In this document: piece by piece, positions 51,135 to 62,824 of the stretch | Numbering within the stretch: the first letter of the stretch is position 1 | Layout: each line of letters starts with the position of its first letter | Source of the DNA: Selaginella moellendorffii | Taxonomy: Eukaryota; Plantae; Lycopodiophyta | DNA length: 64,000 bases | Assembly (NCBI RefSeq): GCF_000143415.4 | Contig: NW_003314261.1 | Span: forward strand, 1,440,117-1,504,116 | Reading direction: 5' to 3' | The notes under the pieces: model-generated | Told to the model about the DNA's origin: nothing | The model's database searches: none | Seen by the model: only the letters and a program-made list of their open reading frames with translations | Program-made: the position numbers and the translations under genes

Positions 51135-52138
51135 ATGAATGGTTTTCTTTTCTCTTTATCACTAGTTCTTAATGTTTTACCATTAATTAAAACTCAAGTT
51201 GATCCATGTACAAAAGATGAAGATTGCATAAAAGGTTATGAATGCAGGAACTTTAATTGTTATGTACGTCCAAGTTGTTTTCCAGGTAATTTTACTCCTT
51301 TTCTTGTTTTAAGAATACATTGTTTTTTTGTAATAGCTGATGCTATTATAAAACTTTATAATGGTAAAACAAAGCAAGTGAAGGATATTTCTATTGGTGA
51401 TAAGGTTTGTAGTTTTATAGAGCTTTAGTTCTTGCCTTTGATGGTGATGTTAATATGGGTAGGTTGCAATTCAAAATAAAAAAGGTATTATAGATTATTC
51501 TGATATATATGCTTTTGGACACCAAGATCTTAAAGCCTATAAAGAGTTTATTCATATTGATATTAGTAATAGAAAAAGCATTGAGTTATCTTCATTTCAT
51601 TATATACCTGTTATATGTAAGTATGTTTGAAATAGTTATTATGGCCACTAATAGTTTTATCTTTAGATTCAAAATCAACTATTTACAAATATGCTAATGA
51701 TGTTATATTAACTGATGTTTTATTAGCATTAGATGAAAAATCAGGAAAGATTATACCTTACAATATAACAGGTAAGAAAACTTATATTTTTTTCTTGTAC
51801 TTATTTAAGTATTTTTAGATATTTATGTGGTAAAAAAATATGGCCTTTATAATCCATTCATATTATCTGGAGATTTAATTGTAAATGATATTGTAGTTTC
51901 AACACATAGTGATTGGTTTTTAGATGGGTTATTTAGATATTTTAAACTAAGTCATTTACTACCTCACATATATCATTTTATTTTGTTTCCTATTCAAGTT
52001 CTATATGAAAAGTTAACTTTTGAGATTTATTTAAAGATATACAGCTTTGTAACAAATAATAGTATTATATTCAATTATATTAGTGGCATTGTGAGAGCTA
52101 CAGTTTTCTGGACGTTTTTTTCAAAACCAAAATACTAA
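51135..52138 (+). CDS. Secreted Hedgehog-type Hint (Hog) protein: signal peptide, 4-Cys peptide, Hint domain, SRR-like hydrophobic tail
   Basis: Exons ~51135-51285, 51337-51404, 51463-51616, 51667-51771, 51819-52138 give ..RPS|CFPADAIIKLYNGKTKQVKDISIGDKV..YSDIYAFGHQD..IELSSFHYIPV..YANDVILTDVL..GLYNPFILSGDLIVNDIVVSTHSDW..HIYHFILFPIQVLY. Confidence 0.88.
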
Positions 52139-52196
52139 AAAATGTAGAAAAACAATAGTAAATAAAGTGGATTTGAATTTCAATGTATTGCTTTAA

Positions 52197-52290
52197 ACTC
52201 TCTCTCTCTCTCATTTTCTCTCTCTCTCTCTCATTTTCTCTCTCTCTCTCTCTTTCACACATACACACACACACAGAGAAAGAGAGAGAT
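52197..52290. repeat. (CT)n/(CA)n/(GA)n microsatellite
   Basis: Directly visible; absent from the duplicated block at ~58127. Confidence 0.95.
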
Positions 52291-52455
52291 TGTTAGTGTT
52301 TTCTAACTTAAAGTAAAACTATTAACAATATATTCTATTGACGCTTTGTCAACAGTTGTGTGCTATGCATAGTAGGATAGTTGCTAGCACTTGAGTATAA
52401 TAATAAAATTTGCTGTAATTTTTAGAGTTTTTACGATCAAACAATCAAAATAATA

Positions 52456-54356
52456 TTAATACTCCGGTGCTCTTGGACTGAAGTACTGCTGGTATACACC
52501 ACTCTCCACGATTTCCAGCATCCTGGTCGCATTTTTCTTGATACACCTTGGCAGCTTGAATTGAGAAACACTTCCACCCCTGGATGCGGCATCATCAGCG
52601 ATTCGATTGAAAGTCCCTGGTGTCACAAGCCTCAGCTCCAGAGCTCCAATGGATCTCTCCATCCTCCCCCTGTGATACACCACGCTCAGTGATTCTTCCA
52701 TCTTGTAGCAGCACTCTCCTGCCTTTTCCGGTTCCAAGTGAAGCTCGCTGGACAGCTCCCAGTAAATCACGTAGTGCGGAGGATTGGAGGAGAGGTCGGC
52801 ATAGCTGGTGTAGTCCGTCAATCTTATTGCCTCCCCCTCCTTGCTCGTGACGCCATTTCGCAATGCCGCAAACGCGTTCATGACTGCGGTCTGGAGCTCC
52901 TTCTCGTCCGTTTTGTCCGAGTCGATGCTAAGTAGAACGTTCCTCCGGCAGACGAAGCTGAAGAGCGGAGCTTTGTTGTGGAAGCCCTCGACTCTAAGAA
53001 CGTCACCCATGCGATATCTGTACAATCCTGATGGAAAGAGCCAGAAAAGATAAAGATACAAGCCAAGACAATGAACTGGAAACTATACCAGCGTTTGTCG
53101 TGATCACAAGCTCGTACTCGTGGCCTTGTTCCACATCAACGAGTTCCACGGGCTCTTCACGAGAAGCTTTCTCCTCCGATCGAGCCACCGGCAGAAACTC
53201 GTAGTAGGACGTCTCGGGCAGAAACATGTAGGAGATCTGGGACGGATCGCAAAGCGGCTTGAGATTCACTCCAAAGAAAGACTCCGAGGACGCGTAGATC
53301 ATGGATGCTATTGGCAGGCCGTCGGTGAGATAGTCGACTTCTCCAACATACTGCTCCATAGCACCGGTGACGACTGTGTCGATAGCTTTGGCACTGGGCC
53401 ACAGCTTCCGGACGATTCCTTTCAAGCTTCCACTCAAGCACGCCTCGTCGATCACGTTCGCAAGCTCTGGATCCGGCCTTAAGATCTTCTCCACGGCTTC
53501 TCTGCAAGCCGGATCCACAACTCTCTCGGACAAAGTTCCCGTTCGTATGTCCCTGGAAAGCTCCTGCCACCAGGCTTCGAGGCACCTTATCGACCTCACG
53601 AGCGCCGACGCAAAGAAGCAGCCCAGCTTCGTCACGTCTCGGGCGTGGATCAAACCACACAGCAAGTGGCAGTAGGAGGCTTGCACGCTGTCCGTGCAAA
53701 GTATCACCTCCAGGGGGCTTGTATAATCGTTGCTTGGATCGAAAAGCCAGTTGCGGAACTCTGGACTGTTGTAGTATCCCGTCAGTGCTGGATAAGCTGG
53801 AAGTCCTCCAGGAGTCTTGCGGCCACTTCTCACGTATAAGAAGTACAAAGCTTTGCCGGTCCTCAGTCCAGGCAAGTCCCTACAGATTCGAAGGAACAAA
53901 CAATCATAAGCTTTGGAGGAAAATGACGACGAATACCTGTTGAGCAGAGCGGTGGCAAGATCAAAGAAGTAATCCGACACAGCATAGTGTCCCTCCGCTT
54001 TCGGGAACAGCTTGTGAGCCCCGCCGGAGGTCCCAGAGCTGCCAAAAGATCTTTGCAAAATCGACAAACTAGAGATAAACTTACCTCGTGAACATATCCG
54101 TGATAGGATTCGCAGAGAGCAAAGTAGAGGCCTCGCCGTCGGCAATTCGATTGATCTCATCCTTGATGTCTTCGTACTCAATGACCGGCGCTCTCTGCCG
54201 AAACACCTCCTTGGTTGCTGCTCGCAATCCATGCCTATTGAAGTAGTCTGTGGCGGCATTCTTCTCCAGGATCTCGGCCAGAACTTTATCCTGAGCCTCA
54301 CCGGGACTCCAGCTCGAGCTCTCGAGCTTCTCAAGCAGGAGCTGCTCGTTCTCCAT
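52456..54356 (-). CDS. GH3: GH3 acyl-acid amido synthetase, copy 1
   Basis: TSSGTSGG, YASSESFFG, GLYRYRMGD, QFKLPRC motifs; 4 exons. Confidence 0.93.
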
Positions 54357-54411
54357 CGTCTAAACCCGGAAAGGCACAAGAGGTAAGAAATAAAAGAAGA
54401 GTCAAATATAC

Positions 54412-54828
54412 CTCCGTTTGCAAGTGTTAAATCAGCACGTTTCTACTAACATAGTAAAATACAATACACACCAGAAGCTTTTGAAACAATCACAATGTCT
54501 GCTTGAATTATTGCTATGTGAAAAGAAGAAAGAAAAAAACGAAGCACAGACTTCGTTTGGAAGTGTTAAATCAGCACGTTTCTACTAACATAGTAAAATA
54601 CAATACACACCAGAAGCTTTTGAAACAATCACAATGTCTGCTTGAATTATTGCTATGGGAAAAGAAGAAAGAAAAAAACGAAGCACAGACCTCATTTGGA
54701 AGTGTTAAATCAGCATGTTTCTACTAACATAGTTAAATACAATACGCACCAGAAGCTTTTGAAACAATCACTGCTTGAATTATTACAATGTGAAAACAAA
54801 AGAAAAATACGAAGCACAGACCTCGTTT
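54412..54828. repeat. Three tandem copies of a 139-bp unit
   Basis: aagtgttaaatcagc at 54422, 54561 and 54700; single copy at ~60270-60418 in the duplicate block. Confidence 0.92.
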
Positions 54829-54877
54829 GGTTTGAAGCAGAAACTTTTTTATTCTCACCAGCCCGCACCCAAAGCTT

Positions 54878-55699
54878 TTAAAACGCATCGACTGTTCTTG
54901 ACACTGGCGACTTAAACTCGTCCCAGACCAGCTTCGCGCACTGATGGTTGAGCGAATCAATCTGTTCTCCCGCTTCCCCTCCAGCACTAGAGCCGGAGCT
55001 TCGGTCTCCAACTAGTAGAGCAGGAGGACTAGAGCTTTTGCCTCCAGCAATCGTCGAAGAAGCTCTATTGTTGTCATGAGATAAGCAAATCTCTGTCACC
55101 ACCCCCGGACCGTTTGCAGCCAGCTTCGCCTGTGCTAGCCGGATCCTCTCGGCGCGAGAGCCAATCACCTGTCCCAGGATGGATGCCCCGATAGTGAAAG
55201 CCATAGCGAGCTTTGTCATGTTGACAGCCTTTCTCATCATAGCAATGAATGGCACTGCTGCATGGACCGCAACGAACCACTTCAGAGAGAACTTCTTTGT
55301 GTGTTCGCACCAGACCCCCAGCGGCATGTTGGTTGCCATCCCCAGGAGGCCGATTGCCAGGAGTTTGGATGGCAATGGTTGAGGCCTCAAGTTCTTTGCG
55401 AACAGGGTGGCTTGAGTGGCGATGATAGCCGGTGGACACCGGTACTTCATCCCTGAGGGTGGTTTGAACCACTTTGTGACGAGAGGTAGCACTCCAGAGC
55501 GTGCGATTGGGCAGTTCCCAGTTGCCAGCCACTCGGAGCCAAGAGCTTCGTGAAGATGGTCTTGAAAATGTTTCATTGAATCATCAGAAGGAAGAAGAAG
55601 GAAAAAAAAAAAATTCATGACAATGACAGGAAATGAATGCAAAGTTACAGTAATTTGATGAATCAAAACAAAGAAATCACACCATAGCAGTCCTAAGGA
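54878..55699 (-). pseudogene. 5'-truncated NHR2-like copy
   Basis: Last exon only, with two in-frame deletions relative to 60467-61871; upstream exons replaced by a gypsy remnant. Confidence 0.8.
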
Positions 55700-57820
55700 T
55701 TATTGAAATGGAAGAACCTGGTTAATCGTATTGCTTGGTGGGCTTTGAAATTTTAGATATATAATTTTGATGTTGTTCATTGCCCAGGGAGTTTTATGAC
55801 TGATGCTGATACTCTTTCTTGAACTCCTCTTCCTTCTTCACTCTCTTCTCATATTTCTGATGAGCTTGTTATTCCAGCATCTGTGAATTTTTTAAACAAG
55901 GATTCTGTACCGTCGACGGTTGTTATACTTGACATTTAATGTCCACAATGTGCAGAATAAGATCTACCTTCTCTTTGATGAGGTTCGCGAGGCTCCAAAT
56001 ATTGAGCCAAATATCGTTCTTAGACGTTGTTACAAGGTAATCATGCTATTATTACATCATTATTGAAGCGGAAGAACTTGGTTGATCGTATTGCTCGGTG
56101 GGCTTTGAAGATTCAGATATATAATTTTGATGTTGTTCATTGCCCGGGGAGTTCTATAGCTGATGCTAATTCCCTTTCTTGAGCTCTTCTTCCTTCTTCG
56201 CTTTCTTTTTATGTTTTTAACGAGCTTGTTGTTCTAGCATCTACAGATTTTCTACACAAGAATTCTGTGCTATCAACAGTTGCTATTCTTGATGTTCAGT
56301 GTCCATAAGATACAAAGCAAGATCTACCTTCTTTTGATGAAGTTCGTGAGGCTCAAAAGATTAAGTTGTGAATTCGAAAGCTTCAAGAAGGGTTTGAGAA
56401 TCCTACATCACTTGCTGACGACTTACCATTCCGGCATTTAAGTTCTTAATATCGCCTTAAAAACAACTTTTTTTATTTTATGGGGATGGATTTTGATGAT
56501 CATTTATGGCTGGTGGTGCCTTCAATGTTTATTCCACGATTTTTCCATGCATACTATGATTCTCCTATTTTAGGTGGGCATATGGGACATCATCATATGA
56601 CCAAGAAGCTGCACAGATCTTTCTATTAGCTAAAGATGCGATGTGATGTTATCCGGTATATGTATAAATGCGTTTAGTATTAAGCACGTAATACTCCCCT
56701 TTATACTGCAGAAGGATGATTGGAGTCAATTGCAGTTTCCCATTCGTTTGAGTTGGTGGCATTTGATCTTATAGGACCTTTTCCATGATCGACTTTTGGT
56801 AGTGAGTATGTTATTATTGCTTCTAACTACTTGACTTGTTAGGTGAAAATTGGTGCTCTTGCTAGTGCCTCTGGAACTACTGTTAGATACTTCCTCCTTA
56901 ATGAAGTGGTGTTCTAGCATTCTTCTCCGGAGCGGATTCTTTCGGTAATGGTCCCATATTTATAGTTAAGGCATTTCATGTTTTGACATCTTGGTTGGGA
57001 ATACACCACACTTTCATGAGTGTTTATTATCCATAGTCAGACGGTTTAGTGGAATGGCTTGTTCAAACATTCAAAGGGATGATCGTTAAGTATATGAACT
57101 TTCAGCATTCGGATTGGGATGGTTATTTACTGTTTTTTCAATATACATATGTCACAAGGGTGCAAAATTATATTGGTGTTTCACTATATAAACTCCTATA
57201 TGGTCATGATCCAATATTACCAACGGAGTTGGGTTTACCTTTGCAATTGCCACGAGCTACCGATGCTAGGTCGTGGGATCAGTTTTTGATGAGCATTCTT
57301 CCACTTGTCCAAATAGAGTCTACTAAATACCTAAGCCACATACAAGTGGGACAATAACGACACTACAATTCACATCATTGTTCACCTACAGAGTACAAAG
57401 TGGATGACTTGGTGTTAGTCTATTTTCCCCATCTTATGATACATAGTTTATCTAAAAGGCTCCTTGCTTAGTGAAAAGGGCCATATCAAGTATTGTGGCA
57501 AGTTAGACCACACGTTTATGAGATATGGCATAATGTCAAGTAAGTTAATCCTCCAAAAATTGTGCATGTGCAACAGTTGAAATATTTTGTACAAAGGGAT
57601 TAGGAATAACTGATACCATCTACAAATCCACCAATGCCTCCTGTTGATGGTAGGGATGATATGAGATTCAAGTGTATGGTTACAATGCCGTATATTATAA
57701 TTAGCATAGTGGGATTTTAGTAGCTGTTGGATTGGTTTTAATTTGGACCACTCACTCCTATATATAAACTAGGGTTTTTGAGCTAATAGATATGCATAAT
57801 TTTATTATTCCCTAGACATA
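55700..57820 (+). mobile_element. Ty3/gypsy pol remnant (RNase H end, duplicated; integrase) plus LTR-like 3' end
   Basis: DRIARWALKIQIYNFDVVHCPG; integrase HHCC-like GGHMG..FY*LKMRCDV; FELVAFDLIGPF; YYP*SDGLVE; many stops. Confidence 0.85.
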
Positions 57821-57824
57821 ATAC

Positions 57825-58050
57825 TTGGTTTTTAGATGGGTTATTTAAATATTTTAAACTAAGTCATTTACTACCTGATATATATCATTTTATTTTGTTT
57901 CCTATTCAAATTCTATATAAAAAGTTAACTTATGAGATTTATTTAAAGATACACAGCTTTATAACAAATAAAGGTACTATACTGAATTATATTAGTGGCA
58001 TTGTGACAGCTACAATTTTATAGATGCTTATTCAAAATCAATATACTAAA
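57825..58050 (+). pseudogene. 3' fragment of the Hog/Hint gene carried by the segmental duplication
   Basis: Matches 51913-52138 (WFLDGLFKYFKLSHLLPDIYHFILFPIQ); TGG changed to TAG near 58021. Confidence 0.85.
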
Positions 58051-58304
58051 TAAAGGTTAAAAATGTAGAAAAAATAGCAAATAAAGTGGGATTTTAAGCA
58101 TTTGAATTTCAGTGTATTACTCTGAACTCTCTTGTTAGTGTTTTCTAAGTTAAGGTGATGAAACTATTGATCATATATTCTACTGACGCTTGACAACAGT
58201 TGTGTGCTATGCAGTTTATAGTACGATAGTTGCTAGCACTTGAGTATAATAATAAAATTTGCTGTAATTTTTAGAGTTTTTACGATCAAACAATCAAAAT
58301 AATA

Positions 58305-60207
58305 TTAATACTCCGGTGCTCTTGGACTGAAGTACTGCTGGTATACACCACTCTCCACGATTTCCAGCATCCTGGTCGCATTTTTCTTGATACACCTTGG
58401 CAGCTTGAATTGAGAAACACTTCCACCCCTGGATGCGGCATCATCAGCGATTCGATTGAAAGTCCCTGGTGTCACAAGCCTCATCTCCAGAGCTCCAATG
58501 GATCTCTCCATCCTCCCCCTGTGATACACCACGCTCAGTGATTCTTCCATCTTGTAGCAGCACTCTCCTGCCTTTTCCGGTTCCAAGTGAAGCGCGCTGG
58601 ACAGCTCCCAGTAAATCACGTAGTGCGGAGGATTGGAGGAGAGGTCGGCATAGCTGGTGTAGTCCGTCAATCTTATTGCCTCCCCCTCCTTGCTCGTGAC
58701 GCCATTTCGCAATGCCGCAAACGCGTTCATGACTGCGGTCTGGAGCTCCTTCTCGTCCGTTTTGTCCGAGTCGATGCTAAGTAGAACGTTCCTCCGGCAG
58801 ACGAAGCTGAAGAGCGGAGCTTTGTTGTGGAAGCCCTCGACTCTAAGAACGTCACCCATGCGATATCTGTACAATCCTGATGGAAAGAGCCAGAAAAGAT
58901 AAAGATACAAGCCAAGACAATGAACTGGAAACTATACCAGCGTTTGTCGTGATCACAAGCTCGTACTCGTGGCCTTGTTCCACATCAACGAGTTCCACGG
59001 GCTCTTCACGAGAAACTTTCTCCTCCGATCGAGCCACCGGCAGAAACTCGTAGTAGGAGGTCTCGGGCAGAAACATGTAGGAGATCTGGGACGGCTCGCA
59101 AAGCGGCTTGAGATTCACTCCAAAGAAAGACTCCGAGGACGCGTAGATCATCGACGCTATTGGCAGGCCGTCGGTGAGATAGTCGACTTCTCCAACATAC
59201 TGCTCCATAGCACCGGTGACGACTGTGTCGATAGCTTTGGCACTGGGCCACAGCTTCCGGACGATTCCTTTCAAGCTTCCACTCGAGCACGCCTCGTCGA
59301 TCACGTTCGCAAGCTCTGGATCCGGCCTTAAGATCTTCTCCACGGCTTCTCTGCAAGCCGGATCCACAACTCTCTCGGACAAAGTTCCCGTTCGTATGTC
59401 CCTGGAAAGCTCCTGCCACCAGGCTTCGAGGCACCTTATCGACCTCACGAGCGCCGACGCAAAGAAGCAGCCCAGCTTCGTCACGTCTCGGGCGTGGATC
59501 AAACCACACAGCAAGTGGCAGTAGGAGGCTTGCACGCTGTCCGTGCAAAGTATCACCTCCATGGGGCTTGTGTAGTCGTTGCTTGGATCGAAAGGCCGGT
59601 TGCGGAACTCTAGACTGTTGTAGTATCCCGTCAGTGCTGGATAAGCTGGAAGCCCTCCAGGAGTCTTGCGGCCACTTCTCACGTATAAGAAGTACAAAGC
59701 CTTTCCGGTTCTCAGTCCAGGCAAGTCCCTACAGATTCGAAGGAACAAACAATCATAAACTTTGGAGGAAAATGACGACGAACACCTGTTGAGAAGAGCG
59801 GTTGCAAGATCAAAGAAGTATTTCGACACAGCATAGTGTCCCTCCACTTTCGGGAACAGCTTGTGAGCCCCGCCGGAGGTCCCAGAGCTACCACAAAGTC
59901 TTTGCGAAATCGACAAAAACTAGAGATAAGCTTACCTCGTGAACATATCCGCGATAGGATTCGCACAGAGCAAAGTAGAGGCCTCGCCGTCGGCAATTCG
60001 ATTGATCTCATCCTTGATGTCTTCGTACTCAATGACCGGCGCTCTCTGCCGAAACACCTCCTTGGTTGCTGCTCGCAATCCATGCCTGTTGAAGTAGTCT
60101 GTGGCGGCATTCTTCTCCAGGATCTCGGCCAGAACTTTATCCTGAGCCTCACCGGGACTCCAGCTCGAGCTCTCGAGCTTCTCAAGCAGGAGCTGCTCGT
60201 TCTCCAT
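58305..60207 (-). CDS. GH3: GH3 acyl-acid amido synthetase, copy 2
   Basis: Same motifs and exons as copy 1, with few substitutions. Confidence 0.94.
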
Positions 60208-60466
60208 CGCCTAAACCCGGAAAGGAAACGGGGCACAAGAGGTAAGAAATAAACGAAGAGTCAAACATACCTCCCTTTGGAAGAGTTAAATCAGCACGTT
60301 TCTACTGACACGGTAAAATACAATACACACCAGAAGCTTTAAAAACAATCACAATTTTTGCTTGAATTATTGCAATGTGGAAAGAAGAAAGAAAAAAACG
60401 AAGCACAGACCTCGTTTGGTTTGAAGCAGAAACTTTTTTATTCTCACCAGCCCGCACCGAAAGCTT

Positions 60467-61871
60467 TTAAAACGCATCGACTGTTCTTGACACTGGCGAC
60501 TTAAACTCGTCCCAGACCAGCTTCGCGCACTGATGGTTGAGCGAATCAATCTGTTCTTCCGCTTCCCCTCCAGAACCAGAAGCGGAGCTTCGGTCTCCAA
60601 CTAGTAGAGCAGGAGGACTAGAGCTTTTGCCTCTAGCAATCGTCGAAGAAGCTCTGTTGTTGTCACGAGATAAGCAAATCTCTGTCACCACCCCCGGACC
60701 GTTTGCAGCCAGCTTCGCCTGTGCTAGCCGGATCCTCTCGGCGCGAGAGCCAATCACTTGTCCCAGGATGGATGCCCCGATAGTGAAAGCCATAGCGAGC
60801 TTCGGCATGTTGACGGCCTTTCTCATCATAGCAATGAATGGCACCGCTGCATGGACCGCGACGAACCACTCCGGAGAGAACTTCTTTGTGTGTTCGCGCC
60901 AGACCCCCAGCGGCACGTTGGTTGCCATCCCCAGGAGGCCGATTGCCAGGAGTTTGGATGGCAATGGTTGAGGCCTCAAGTTCTTTGCGAACGCAGTTCT
61001 CGCCAGGGCGGCTCGAGCGGCGACGATAGCTGGTGGACACCGGTACTTCATCCCTGAGGGTGGTTTGAACCACTTTGCGACGAGAGGTAGCACTCCACTT
61101 ACTGCTCGACAAGAGCGTGCGATCGGGCAGTTCCCAGTTGCCAGCCACTCGGAGCCAAGAGCTTCGTGAAGATGGTCCTGAAAATATGTTTCACTGAATC
61201 ATCAGAAGGACGAAGAAAAAAAAATAAAAAATCGTGAAGAACATTATCAGAGAGCCAACGATGACAGGAAATGAAATGCAAAGGTGCAGTAATTTGATGA
61301 ATCAAAACGAAGAAAACAAAGCAAAGGAGCAAGCAAAGGAGCAATCCAAGGAAAACAAGAAATCACACCACAGCACTCCCAAGGAAGAAAAGAAAGTGTA
61401 CCTTGTTTTGTTTCGATTCAGACTCCTTGCGCTCCTTCTTTTTCTTCTGTTGCTTGGCCATGAACGCGTCAAAATTAAATCTCCCGGCTCCAAACGAGGA
61501 GAGACTTATGGTAGCCGCGGATGCCGCCAGTGGATGGAAGCCCATCTTGGGGACTTCCAGGGTCTCGGCGCCATCGTCAGCCTTGTTCCGGGAGAGCGGA
61601 ATCACACCATCCTTGCCGTGGAACAGTCGAAATGCGGTGTCGAAACCAGGGCCATCCTCAAAAATTGGCCCTCTCGATCCGCGCAGCTGAAGAAGAGGGG
61701 GGCAAAATTTTCAGATCCCGAGCTAAATTTCCAGAATCTCGAGGCGCTTACCGGGTTGGGGAACTTGATGGGAGCAAAGCTGCTGAAATTGAACGAGGTC
61801 GGCTCGCCAATGTTCCTCAGGAATGGGCATCGCTCCACGCCCTCGGCGATCGTGCTACTGTCGCACGCCAT
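60467..61871 (-). CDS. NHR2: NHR2-like conserved plant protein (At4g25030/At5g45410 family)
   Basis: RCPFLRNIGEPT, GPIFEDGPGFDTAFRLFHG, FHPLAASAATISLS, GNCPIA, NVPLGVWREHTKKFSPEWFVAVHAAVPF, GQVIGSRAER. Confidence 0.8.
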
Positions 61872-62824
61872 CGCTGCTGCTTGCAAGCCCTGATCCCTCT
61901 ACCTCGGCGCTTGGAACTTCCAAACCCTAGCTGCGAGCTAACAATTGCCCACCACAATGACGGCAGCCAAGTCGTGTTTCCTCTGCGGACTTGAGCGTGG
62001 ATTCCAATCCACTTTGCGGAAGCGTGCAAAGCGTGTGGTAGGCACAAGAGTTAACGGCCCATACTTGCCGATCCTGAGTCAAATCTAACGTAAGCTGTAT
62101 TTTCAGAATGTTCTACAAGAAACTTCTACCAATTCTTAATAGTGCCCTAGGTCTACGCTTACCCTTAACATTAAGGGCCAAATTTTAGGAAGTTTGAACC
62201 ATTAGGCTCAAAACCATTTCCATAAATTTAACAGTGAGTATTGATAATGTATCATTACCTTTAAAAAGTAATTATTTGTGTTAGCAGCATTGCCATTGAC
62301 CTCTCCTCTCTTTAGAAAAGTGCTCTAGTCAACTCTTGGACTCTCTCTCTCGATGACCAATCTCTGCGCTGCACTGGAGCTGTGCCTTGAGAAATTATGG
62401 GAGCATTCCTGGGAATTCCACACAAATTGTGAGGTTTCAGAGCCTGGGAGATCACAGAGCTCCAAGAGGGAGAGAGATTCGCTGTCGGACAGGTTGCTTT
62501 AGACAGCGCGTTGGCAAGAATGGAGTGGTGATTCGCGCTGTGTTGCTCATGCTAAGCTCCGGAACCCGCAAGCAATGGTTCTTGGCTGCATGCTAAGTAA
62601 AAGCAAAGGCTGGATGAAATCGGTGAATTATAGAATACGTTAATAGTTCTTTCAGGTAAGCTCGAAATCTTCCATTCTTATGGTCTTTTGCGCATGGTCT
62701 GTGATCTTCACGTTCGTCCAAAGAAAAGGACCCGATCATGTCCATCGCTTTGTACAAAATGCTGATAGCCTGCGAAGAACAAAGTCAGGACTATCTTACG
62801 CGAATGGAGAAATGGCGGGCGCAC

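Larger units (their letters stand above)
57825..61385. repeat. Tandem segmental duplication (partner block 51913-55699)
   Basis: Near-identical Hint 3' end, GH3 and NHR2 last exon in the same order and orientation. Confidence 0.95.

Noticed and set aside
54412-54828. CRISPR-like array
   Set aside because: Identical tandem units with no unique spacers, in a eukaryotic context
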